The notes under the pieces are model-generated. The model worked only from the letters and a program-made list of their open reading frames with translations, was not told where the DNA came from and did not search any database. The position numbers and the translations under genes were made by a program. 64,000 nt of DNA from Bacillota bacterium (GTDB lineage: Bacteria > Bacillota > Clostridia > Tissierellales > Peptoniphilaceae). How positions within the stretch are numbered: the first letter of the stretch is position 1; every line of letters starts with the position of its first letter. The stretch spans positions 9,511 to 73,510 of the forward strand of contig JAEZXH010000004.1 of assembly GCA_023442775.1 (NCBI GenBank). The letters run 5' to 3'. Positions 27,271-35,524 of this stretch are shown in pieces.

Positions 27271-28245
27271 TTGGTCAAAACCGAGGTTTTGGAAGGAGAC
27301 TTCTCCCGAGGAGAGGACGAGTTCCTCTCCGTGGACGTCGATGTGAAGGTGGGCGTCGTCGTCGAGACTTGTGACGAGGCCTTCGAGAGTTCGGCCCTGA
27401 TAAGTGAAGGCCACCCGTCGACCGATGAGAAAACTCCGCTTGCGGTAGGCCTCCATAATCGCCTCCCGGGGAACCTCTTCCAGGGCGAGGAGTTCTCGAA
27501 GAATCATTGCGGCGAGTTCTGAGCGAAAGAGGTGGACGTCGAGGCTTCCTGCTACGTTGGCCACCTCTCCAAAGTCCTCCGGGCGGGTAGTGACGTTGAT
27601 GCCGATGCCGAGGTAGATGGCCAAAAGCTCGTGGCTCTCCATGGAGAGCTCCGCTTCCGAGAGGATGCCGCAGATTTTCTTATCCCCGAGATAGAGGTCG
27701 TTGACCCACTTGATTTTTGGGTTGAGACCCGTCAAGGATTCGATGGCCCGGCAGACGGCGACGGCGGCGCGAACGGTGACGAGGAGCTCCTCCGTGGTGG
27801 AGATGGGAAGGGGCCCCTCGTGAAAGAGGGTGGTCATGTAGAGTCCCGTGTGGGCCGGGGAGGTGAAACTCTTTCCCGTGCGCCCTCGCCCCTTAGTCTG
27901 CTCTTCGGCGAGAATCGTATCCCAGCGATGGAGGGACCCGTCGAGGAAGCGGCGCTTTGCCTCGTTGTTCGTCGAGTCAATGGTGGGGAAGATGGCGAGG
28001 GAGATGTCCTTCAAAGGAGCCGGGAGGTGGGTGCGGATGGCTCCCTCGGAGAGGCGGTCGAAGTCGCCGACAAGGCGGTAGCCCCGCCGCGGCGTCGCCT
28101 CGATGTCATAGCCTTCCCCTCGCAAGAGTTCGATGGCCTTCCAGACGGCGGTGCGGGAGACGTCGAGCTCCTTGGCGAGGCTCTCTCCCGAGATGTGTTC
28201 GCCTCGGTGCGCCTCCAAGGCGGCGAGGACGCGGTCTTTACTCAT
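27268..28245 (-). CDS. birA: bifunctional biotin-[acetyl-CoA-carboxylase] ligase / bio operon repressor
   Basis: N-terminal wHTH (ISGESLAKELDVSRTAVWKAIELLR) and catalytic KGRGRTGKSF. Confidence 0.92.
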   Translation of the reverse strand: MSKDRVLAALEAHRGEHISGESLAKELDVSRTAVWKAIELLRGEGYDIEATPRRGYRLVGDFDRLSEGAIRTHLPAPLKDISLAIFPTIDSTNNEAKRRFLDGSLHRWDTILAEEQTKGRGRTGKSFTSPAHTGLYMTTLFHEGPLPISTTEELLVTVRAAVAVCRAIESLTGLNPKIKWVNDLYLGDKKICGILSEAELSMESHELLAIYLGIGINVTTRPEDFGEVANVAGSLDVHLFRSELAAMILRELLALEEVPREAIMEAYRKRSFLIGRRVAFTYQGRTLEGLVTSLDDDAHLHIDVHGEELVLSSGEVSFQNLGFDQ

Positions 28246-28931
28246 AGTTGCTCCTTTTCGGCTTCTTGGACGTAATCGGGTTCTTCAAAGAGGATGCGCG
28301 GCAGGTGCCACTGGTAGTGGTAGGCGAACATGCGCAAGAGGACCACGGCGAAAAATCCTCCGAGCATCGCCGTCGAGTCCCCGAAGAGGTGGGCGAGGAG
28401 GAGATAGACGAATCCGCCCCCGAGGGAAGCACCAGCGTAGACGTGGCGGATGAAGACAAAGGGGACGATTCCCGCGAGGAGATCGCGGATGATGCCGCCG
28501 CCGATGCCGGTGATCATCCCCATAAAGAGGAGGAGAAATCCGTGGTCCCCGTGGCCCGCTTGGGCGGCGACGTTCATCCCGACGACGGTGAAGGCCCCAA
28601 GGCCCAGGGCGTCGAAGAAGACGAGGACCCGCTCAAAGATCTCTAAGTAATGGCTCATGAGAAGATCGCGGCGAAGGAAGAAGAGGAGAAAGAGGAGAAG
28701 GGAGGAGACCACCGCCACCTCAGAGAAGAGGGGGGAGACGAGGGCCCTCGGCGGAGTGAGTCCCAGGAGGGTATCGCGAATCATCCCTCCTCCCACCGCG
28801 GTGACTACCCCGAGGACGAGGATGCCAAAGAGGTCCATGCTCCGGCGAATCCCGAGAAGGGCCCCGGAGATGGCAAAAGCGATGGTGCCGATGAGATCGA
28901 GAGAAAATGCGATGCTGTCATAGCTAAACAT
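28242..28931 (-). CDS. TRIC/UPF0126 family cation channel (YadS-like)
   Basis: Duplicated glycine-rich motif VTAVGGGMIRD / ITGIGGGIIRD. Start moved to ATG 28931 after GGAGGT. Confidence 0.8.
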   Translation of the reverse strand: MFSYDSIAFSLDLIGTIAFAISGALLGIRRSMDLFGILVLGVVTAVGGGMIRDTLLGLTPPRALVSPLFSEVAVVSSLLLFLLFFLRRDLLMSHYLEIFERVLVFFDALGLGAFTVVGMNVAAQAGHGDHGFLLLFMGMITGIGGGIIRDLLAGIVPFVFIRHVYAGASLGGGFVYLLLAHLFGDSTAMLGGFFAVVLLRMFAYHYQWHLPRILFEEPDYVQEAEKEQL

Positions 28932-29015
28932 GTGCCCATACCTCCAAAGTCTTTTCTCTATCATACCGCAACCCGAGGATTTTTCCACGAAAAAAAGAAG
29001 GCCACCGACCTTCTT

Positions 29016-29438
29016 TTAATCCACACGTACAGTATTGGTCTCCTGGTCCCAACGGATTTGAAACCCGAGGGTTTCGCCAATGGCGCGCAAGGGGACAAAG
29101 GTGCGATCGCCGCGAATCTCCACAGGGGAGTCCAAGGAAATCTCCTTGTCGCCGAGGCGTGCCTTCGTCTTTCCCACGACGAGCCACAGGCGTGGGGAAC
29201 CGAGTTTCGCAATCACCACCGTCTGCTCTTCTTCAATCCAGTCGACGGTACACCCAAGAGCTTCCGTGACGTACCTGAGAGGCACGTAGGTGCGCCCGTC
29301 TTTAATGTAGGCAGCTGGCTGCGCTTCAATGAGGCGTCCCCGGACTTCGATGCGCGGAGATTGGGCCGCGAAAATCATCTGGGGCACCATGAGGACGAGG
29401 ATGAGGACGAGGGATTGGACGTGACGTTTCATAATCAT
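29016..29438 (-). CDS. secreted copper-amine-oxidase-N-like (stalk) domain protein
   Basis: Signal peptide, then two repeats: GRTYVPLRYVTEALGCTVDW and DRTFVPLRAIGETLGFQIRW. The start could instead be ATG 29432. Confidence 0.75.
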   Translation of the reverse strand: MIMKRHVQSLVLILVLMVPQMIFAAQSPRIEVRGRLIEAQPAAYIKDGRTYVPLRYVTEALGCTVDWIEEEQTVVIAKLGSPRLWLVVGKTKARLGDKEISLDSPVEIRGDRTFVPLRAIGETLGFQIRWDQETNTVRVD

Positions 29439-29599
29439 CCCTCCTCCAACCCCGAGAGGGGCCGTGTGTCTACTTTAAGTATAGCGAAGAGAGAAAAATC
29501 CTGACCAAGGGGGAGCGTTCTCATGAGAATTTGTCACGGAGCTGTAACGAAGTAAGGCTCTTTTGGGTATCAAGGTCATAGAAACAAAGGAGGAAGACT

Positions 29600-30565
29600 A
29601 TGACACACACCATCGTCCTTGCAGGAGGCTGCTTCTGGGGCGTCGAAGGATATTTTAAGCGCATCAGAGGCGTTATCGAGACAGAAGTGGGCTACGCCAA
29701 CGGAAAGACGGACTCTGCCCGCTATGAGACCTTAAAGGAGACCGATCACGCAGAGGTGGTGCGCATCGTCTACGACGAGGCCATCCTCACCCTCGAGGAG
29801 ATCCTCGCCCATTTTCTGCGCATCATCGACCCCTATAGCGTCAACAAACAGGGTAACGACGTGGGACGTCAGTACCGTACTGGAGTCTACGTCGCCGACG
29901 AAAGGGAGAAGGCGAGGGTTTCGCGGATCTTGGAAAACTATTGGCAAGTGGAGGAGAGAAATCACAAGAACCTGAGTCGTCTCTTCGCCATTGAGGTGGA
30001 AATCTTGCGCCACTTCATCCCCGCCGAAGACTATCATCAGGACTATCTTGGAAAGAACCCCGGTGGGTATTGCCATATTAATCTCGCCCTCGCAGAAGAG
30101 CCCCTCGTCGCCTATCCCCGTCGCCATGAATCCGAGGAAGAGCTTCGCCAGCGTCTCGGGGAGGAGGCATACTCCATCGCCCGTCACTCGGCGACGGAAG
30201 CGCCGAGGACGAGTCCCTTAAACGAGGAGTGGCGTCCCGGCATTTACGTGGACCGCGTCAGTGGCGCGCCCCTCTTCGCCTCCCAGACGAAGTTTGACCC
30301 GGGCTGTGGCTGGCCATCCTTTACCGCGCCCATTGAGGATGCGGTCCTCTCCTATCACGACGACCGTTCCCACGGCATGCGACGCACCGAAGTGCGCAGC
30401 ACCGACGCGGACATCCACCTGGGCCACGTCTTTCCCGACGGTCCCGAAGAGGCGGGAGGCCTTCGCTATTGCATGAACGGCGCTGTCCTCGAGTTCATCC
30501 CCTTGGAGGAGATGGAGGAGAAGGGCTATGGAGCCTACATCGACAAGGTGAAAGAGAAGGAGTGA
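29600..30565 (+). CDS. msrAB: bifunctional methionine sulfoxide reductase MsrA/MsrB
   Basis: MsrA motif GGCFWGVE at the N-terminus. MsrB catalytic RYCMNG near the C-terminus. Confidence 0.92.
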   Translation: MTHTIVLAGGCFWGVEGYFKRIRGVIETEVGYANGKTDSARYETLKETDHAEVVRIVYDEAILTLEEILAHFLRIIDPYSVNKQGNDVGRQYRTGVYVADEREKARVSRILENYWQVEERNHKNLSRLFAIEVEILRHFIPAEDYHQDYLGKNPGGYCHINLALAEEPLVAYPRRHESEEELRQRLGEEAYSIARHSATEAPRTSPLNEEWRPGIYVDRVSGAPLFASQTKFDPGCGWPSFTAPIEDAVLSYHDDRSHGMRRTEVRSTDADIHLGHVFPDGPEEAGGLRYCMNGAVLEFIPLEEMEEKGYGAYIDKVKEKE

Positions 30566-30580
30566 TCCTTCTCTTTTTTT
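30554..30580 (+). terminator. intrinsic terminator after msrAB
   Basis: GAGAAGGA-gtga-TCCTTCTC-TTTTTTT. The TGA stop codon is in the loop. Confidence 0.8.
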
Positions 30581-30709
30581 GTTTCTTACGGTTTTTGCAA
30601 AATATTACGAAAAATCTTGAAACTTATGTGCATTTGGAGTATGCTAAATGGGAATACAAGTCCCTTGCGGGACCGCTCTAGGGGTGCGGGTATTCTAGAA
30701 AGGATGGTT

Positions 30710-31444
30710 ATGAAGCACAATCGTAAACTCTATGGCATGTTGAGCTTTCTCTTCTGCCTCTTCGTCGTGGTGACGCCCACCTACGCCATGCACATCATGG
30801 AGGGTTTTTTGAGTCCGAAGTGGGCACTGTTCTGGTTCGTGGCCAGCGCACCATTTTTCATCTATGGATTTATCCAAATCCGCAAGATCTTCCGGGACCA
30901 CCCCGATAAGAAACTCCTCTTGGCCCTCTGCGGCGCCTTCGCCTTTATCTTGAGTGCCTTGAAGATTCCCTCGGTGACCGGATCTTGTTCCCACCCGACG
31001 GGTGTGGGCCTTGGTGCCATCCTCTTCGGCCCCACGGTGATGACCGTCTTGGGGGCCATCGTCCTCTTGTTCCAAGCCCTTCTTCTCGCCCACGGTGGCC
31101 TCACCACCTTAGGCGCCAACACCTTCTCCATGGCCATTGCCGGCCCCTTGGTGAGCTACGGTGTCTATCGTGCAGGGAAGAAGATGGGCCTCAACACCTT
31201 TGTGAGCGTCTTCTTAGCCGCCGCCCTTGGGGACCTCTTCACCTATGTGGTGACGAGTTTCCAATTGGCCTTTGCCTATCCCGACCCGGCGACGGGGGTC
31301 ATGGGCAGTGCGGTGAAGTTTTTAGGAATTTTTGCCCTCACCCAGATTCCCCTCGCCATCATCGAAGGGATCTTGACGGCACTTATCTTCGATAAGGTCC
31401 TCGAACACGAAGGAAGGACGGTGCTCCATGAAACGCTCCACTAA
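30710..31444 (+). CDS. cbiM: cobalt ECF transporter substrate-capture component CbiM
   Basis: The signal-like leader is followed by MHIMEGFL, the processed N-terminus hallmark of CbiM. Followed by cbiN, cbiQ and cbiO. Confidence 0.9.
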   Translation: MKHNRKLYGMLSFLFCLFVVVTPTYAMHIMEGFLSPKWALFWFVASAPFFIYGFIQIRKIFRDHPDKKLLLALCGAFAFILSALKIPSVTGSCSHPTGVGLGAILFGPTVMTVLGAIVLLFQALLLAHGGLTTLGANTFSMAIAGPLVSYGVYRAGKKMGLNTFVSVFLAAALGDLFTYVVTSFQLAFAYPDPATGVMGSAVKFLGIFALTQIPLAIIEGILTALIFDKVLEHEGRTVLHETLH

Positions 31445-31712
31445 ACTCATTCTCATCCTCGCCATGCTCCTTCTCGCCATCATTCCCGTGATGACCTTAA
31501 AGGACGCAGAGTTTGGCGGATCCGACGACCAGGCCGAGGGAATCATCTCCGAGGTCGATCCCAGCTACGAGCCCTGGTTCGAGCCCATCTATGAGCCGGC
31601 AAGTGGAGAGATTGAGTCCCTCCTCTTCGCTCTGCAAGCGGCCATTGGCTCTGGGGTCATCTTCTACTATCTCGGCTACAACCGGGGCAAGAAGAACCAT
31701 GAGTCCCATTGA
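31428..31712 (+). CDS. cbiN: cobalt transport protein CbiN
   Basis: 94 aa with two TM helices. Position and sequence are typical of CbiN. Confidence 0.85.
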   Translation: MKRSTKLILILAMLLLAIIPVMTLKDAEFGGSDDQAEGIISEVDPSYEPWFEPIYEPASGEIESLLFALQAAIGSGVIFYYLGYNRGKKNHESH

Positions 31713-32346
31713 CCGGTATAGCTACGACAATCGGTTCAGTCTCATTGCGGCACGCACGAAGATTCTCCTGGGGATGCTCTTCCTCCTCATGGGGCTTTGC
31801 GTGCCCTTTGTGCCTGTACAGCTCGGGATTGTCGTCATCGTCATCTGCGCCCTTCTCTACGCGCGGATTCCCTGGCGGGCGCTCTTTCGCTTTTACGCCA
31901 TTCCCCTGGGGTTTCTCCTCATCTCCTTGGTGAGCATTTTGTTGAGCCTTCGCACCGAGGGAGGGCTCCACATCGTCTTTGAGAAGAGTCAGATTCCCGT
32001 GGCCCTCGCCCTGGCGAGCCGCGCCCTTGCCACCATGAGCGGTGCCTACTTCATCGCCCTCACCACACCCCTTCCCCAACAGGTGGCCTTCTTGAAATCT
32101 CTCCACGTCCCCGAGGAAATCCTCGAACTCATGGTCCTCATCTATCGCTTCATCAGCATCTTTCTCGAGGAGTTTCTCACCATGCACCAGGCCCTTGTGT
32201 TGCGGTTTTATCGCAACAGCCTCTCCTCGACGGTGCGGGGTCTCTCCATCCTCGCAAGCGGCATCTTTTCTCGGATTATGAAGAGCTATGATAGTTGGCG
32301 GGAACAGTTGGAGCTGAAGTTTTTCAACGGGTCCTTTCACGTTTAG
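31699..32346 (+). CDS. cbiQ: ECF transporter T component CbiQ
   Basis: Start at MSPIDRYSY (ATG 31699), overlapping cbiN. Hydrophobic, with an EcfT-like C-terminal A-R-G-type segment. Confidence 0.85.
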   Translation: MSPIDRYSYDNRFSLIAARTKILLGMLFLLMGLCVPFVPVQLGIVVIVICALLYARIPWRALFRFYAIPLGFLLISLVSILLSLRTEGGLHIVFEKSQIPVALALASRALATMSGAYFIALTTPLPQQVAFLKSLHVPEEILELMVLIYRFISIFLEEFLTMHQALVLRFYRNSLSSTVRGLSILASGIFSRIMKSYDSWREQLELKFFNGSFHV

Positions 32347-32354
32347 GAGGTTCT

Positions 32355-33158
32355 ATGATTACTCTGGAACACATCGACTATTCCTACGATGGCATCGAGG
32401 CCTTAAAAGACCTCTCCTTCACCTTGGGAGATGCGCCGATTACCGCGGTGATTGGAGCCAATGGTGCGGGGAAGTCCACCCTCTTTCAGTGCATCTTGGG
32501 CCTGTTAAAGCCCACCTCGGGACGGATTCTTGTCGACGGAGAGCCCATCTCCTATAAGAAGGCCCATCTGCGCGCCTATCGTCAGCGGGTGAGTATGCTC
32601 TTTCAAGACCCGGACAAGCAGATTTTCTTCTCTCGCGTCTATGACGACGTGGCCTTTGCCCTGAGAAATCTCCAGGTGGAGGAAGAGGAGATTGCCCGTC
32701 GGGTCGAAGAGAGTCTTCGCCGGGTCGACGTCTGGGATTTGAGGGAGCGCCCGGTCCACTACCTCTCCTATGGACAGAAGAAGCGGGTGGCCCTCGCCGG
32801 GTGTCTGGCCCTCGGCTCGGAGCTTCTCCTCTTAGACGAACCCACCGCCGGCCTCGATCCCGCCATGGAACGCCAGATTGTGGAACTCATTGAAGAACTC
32901 GCCGGCCAGGGGACGAAGATTGTCCTCTCGAGCCACGACATGGACTTCATCTATCGCACCTGCGAGAAGATTTTCGTCCTGGGAAAGGGAGAGCTCCTCG
33001 CCGCCGGATCCCGGGAAGAGGTCTTTCTCGACGAGGAGAAGATTTTGCGCGCCGATTTGCGCCTTCCTTGGCTCGTCGAGGCCCATCTGCGCACGGGTCT
33101 TCCCCTCTGCGCCCGGCCCGAAGATTTCTACCGACAGATTGGAGGGAAGAGGAGATGA
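32355..33158 (+). CDS. cbiO: ECF transporter ATPase CbiO
   Basis: Walker A GANGAGKST, signature LSYGQKKR, Walker B LLLLDEPT. RBS AGGAGG. Confidence 0.9.
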   Translation: MITLEHIDYSYDGIEALKDLSFTLGDAPITAVIGANGAGKSTLFQCILGLLKPTSGRILVDGEPISYKKAHLRAYRQRVSMLFQDPDKQIFFSRVYDDVAFALRNLQVEEEEIARRVEESLRRVDVWDLRERPVHYLSYGQKKRVALAGCLALGSELLLLDEPTAGLDPAMERQIVELIEELAGQGTKIVLSSHDMDFIYRTCEKIFVLGKGELLAAGSREEVFLDEEKILRADLRLPWLVEAHLRTGLPLCARPEDFYRQIGGKRR

Positions 33159-33628
33159 AGAAGACAAATGCCCTGCGCATCCTCGATGGCGCAAAGATTG
33201 CCTACACCTTAAAGACCTATGACGAAGACACGGAGGTGGATGGGGTTGCCATTGCCGAGGCGGTGGGAAGTCCTGTGGAAGCGACCTTTAAGACCTTAAT
33301 CGCCTCGTCAAAGAAGGGCTTTGGGTGTTTTGTCATCCCGGTGAAGAGCCACCTTGACCTGAAAAAAGCGGGGGCCGTCCTCGGGGAGAAGAGTGTGGAG
33401 CTCATCGCCGAGAAGGAGCTCTTCCCATTGACGGGCTACCATCGGGGAGGATGCTCTCCCGTGGGCCTCAAAAAGGCCATGCCCATCGTCATCGACGAGA
33501 GCGCCGCATCATGTTCTGAGATCTACGTCAGCGCCGGGCGGAAGGGGATGCAGATGTGCCTTTCCCTCGAGGATTTTCTCGACCTCACCAAGGCCACCGT
33601 CGCCCCCATCACGCGCCATGAAGTCTAG
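33155..33628 (+). CDS. ybaK: Cys-tRNA(Pro)/Cys-tRNA(Cys) deacylase YbaK
   Basis: 157 aa. MKKTNALRILDGAKIAYTL... and the YbaK-type GGCSPVG motif. ATGA overlap with the cbiO stop. Confidence 0.85.
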   Translation: MKKTNALRILDGAKIAYTLKTYDEDTEVDGVAIAEAVGSPVEATFKTLIASSKKGFGCFVIPVKSHLDLKKAGAVLGEKSVELIAEKELFPLTGYHRGGCSPVGLKKAMPIVIDESAASCSEIYVSAGRKGMQMCLSLEDFLDLTKATVAPITRHEV

Positions 33629-33648
33629 CACCGTCCTCGGTGCTTTTT
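33628..33648 (+). terminator. intrinsic terminator after ybaK
   Basis: GCACCG-tcct-CGGTGC-TTTTT. Confidence 0.8.
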
Positions 33649-33654
33649 CTTTGC

Positions 33655-33685
33655 AAAAAAAGAGAACCCAGAGAAATTCTCTGGG
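33655..33685 (-). terminator. intrinsic terminator, about 170 nt downstream of the ABC-F stop
   Basis: On the minus strand: CCCAGAGAA-t-TTCTCTGGG-TTCTCTTTTTTT. Confidence 0.7.
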
Positions 33686-33855
33686 CCGCCCATGGAAAGG
33701 AGAGGTGTGGGCAAATCTCTTTGGTTTCGTGATGATGAGTACTCAACATGGTTGAGAAGGCTCGTTCTGGAGGAATCGTCTCTCAGAACCATCTCTAGAA
33801 TACCACGGCCGCTTTCATCATTGTCTTAAGATATGGTGAACTTTTTTTGAAAAAC

Positions 33856-35439
33856 CTAGGCATTCTTGTAGTAGGTGTCGATGTAGTCGTCGTAGCTCAT
33901 GGTGCGATCGCGGAAGGTGCCATCGGGGAAGATTTCGATGATGCGATTGGCGATGGTCTCAATGAACTGGTGGTCCTTCGAGGTGAAGAGGACGTTGCCC
34001 TTAAAGGCGGTGAGACCATTGTTGACGGCGGTGATGCTCTCGAGATCTAGGTGGTTCGTGGGCTGGTCGAAGATGAGGACGTTCGCCGGGGTGAGCATCA
34101 TCTTGGAAAACATCATGCGCACCCTTTCGCCTCCCGAGAGGACGGAAGCCTTCTTCAGGGCTTCGTCGCCGGAGAAGAGCATCTTTCCGAGAAAGCCCCG
34201 GAGGTAGATTTCGCTCTGCTCCTCGGAGAACTGGCGCATCCAGTCCACGAGGGAGAGGTCGACGCCGTCAAAGTAGGCGCTGTTGTCCTTGGGGAAGTAG
34301 GTGTGGGTGATGGTCTGGCCCCAGGTAAAGGTCCCTCCGTCAGCATCTCTGTCTCCTTCGAGGATGTCAAAGAGGGCGCTGATGGCGAGTTCGTTGCCGA
34401 TGAAGGCAATCTTCTCGTCGTGGTTGACTCGGAAGGTGAGGTCCTTGAAGAGGCCCTCAGCACAGAGGTTTTCCACGTTTAAGATTTCATTTCCCGGCTC
34501 CCGCGAGAGGGTGAATCCCACGAAGGGATAGCGGCGGGAGGAGGGCTTGATGTCGTCGAGGGTAATCTTGTCGAGGAGCTTCTTTCGGCTCGTGGCCTGA
34601 CGGCTCTTGGACTTGTTGGCGGAGAACTTGGCGATGAAGGCTTGAAGTTCTTTGATTTTTTCTTCCTTCTTCTTGTTCTGGTCCTTGGCCATTTGGAGAG
34701 CCAATTGACTCGATTCGTACCAGAAGTCGTAGTTCCCGACGAAGAGGCTAATCTTTCCAAAGTCGATGTCCACCATGTGGGTACAGACGTTGTTGAGGAA
34801 GTACCGGTCGTGGCTGACGACGATGACGACCCCTTCAAAGTCGGCGAGGAAGTCTTCGAGCCACAAGATGGCGTGTAGATCCAAGCCGTTGGTGGGCTCG
34901 TCCAAGAGGAGAACGTCGGGGCTTCCAAAGAGGGCCTGGGCGAGGAGGACCTTCACCTTGTCCGATTCGATGAGCTCTGCCATTTTCTTCCCGTGCTCTT
35001 CGGTGCCGATGCCAAGGCCTTGGAGGAGGGAAGAGGCTTCGGCCTCCGCTTCCCAGCCGCCCATTTCTGCAAATTCTGCCTCGAGTTCTGCGGCGCGCAT
35101 CCCGTCTTCGTCGGAGAAATCGGGTTTCATGTAGATGGCGTCTTTTTCCCGCATGACTTCCACGAGGCGACGGTTCCCGAGGAGCACCGTATCGAGGACG
35201 GTTTCGTCGTCGTAGGCGAAGTGGTTTTGCTCGAGTTTTGAGAGGCGGGCGTTCTTCTTGAGGGAGACGTGGCCCGTCGAGGGCTCCTTTTCTCCGGCGA
35301 GAATCTTTAAGAAGGTGGATTTTCCAGCGCCGTTGGCCCCGATGATGCCGTAGCAATTGCCCGGGGTAAAGAGAAGGTTGGCTTCATTAAAAAGGACTTT
35401 ATCTGGAAAGATGACACTGACGTCGGTGACTTGCAGCAT
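33856..35439 (-). CDS. ABC-F family ATPase (YbiT/EttA-like size) with degenerate second nucleotide site
   Basis: Two NBDs with no TM region and a linker rich in K/E (QNKKKEEKIKELQAFIAKF). NBD1 has GANGAGKST and LLLDEPT. NBD2 has signature LSGGERVR. Confidence 0.88.
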   Translation of the reverse strand: MLQVTDVSVIFPDKVLFNEANLLFTPGNCYGIIGANGAGKSTFLKILAGEKEPSTGHVSLKKNARLSKLEQNHFAYDDETVLDTVLLGNRRLVEVMREKDAIYMKPDFSDEDGMRAAELEAEFAEMGGWEAEAEASSLLQGLGIGTEEHGKKMAELIESDKVKVLLAQALFGSPDVLLLDEPTNGLDLHAILWLEDFLADFEGVVIVVSHDRYFLNNVCTHMVDIDFGKISLFVGNYDFWYESSQLALQMAKDQNKKKEEKIKELQAFIAKFSANKSKSRQATSRKKLLDKITLDDIKPSSRRYPFVGFTLSREPGNEILNVENLCAEGLFKDLTFRVNHDEKIAFIGNELAISALFDILEGDRDADGGTFTWGQTITHTYFPKDNSAYFDGVDLSLVDWMRQFSEEQSEIYLRGFLGKMLFSGDEALKKASVLSGGERVRMMFSKMMLTPANVLIFDQPTNHLDLESITAVNNGLTAFKGNVLFTSKDHQFIETIANRIIEIFPDGTFRDRTMSYDDYIDTYYKNA

Positions 35440-35524
35440 GCGTTCTCCTTTCGGTTCAATGGTTGGTCGTTGTCATTATATCACGCCCTCTTGGGATGGG
35501 GTATAATAGAGAAGAGGTGATACG

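Noticed and set aside
28650-29504. 284-aa plus-strand ORF
   Set aside because: It is antisense to the TRIC channel gene and the stalk-domain protein gene, and it spans their intergenic region.
30566-30709. Possible cobalamin or NiCo riboswitch upstream of cbiM
   Set aside because: Only about 55 nt lie between the likely TSS and the start codon. No B12 box (GCCACTG-like) or czcD-motif features were seen.
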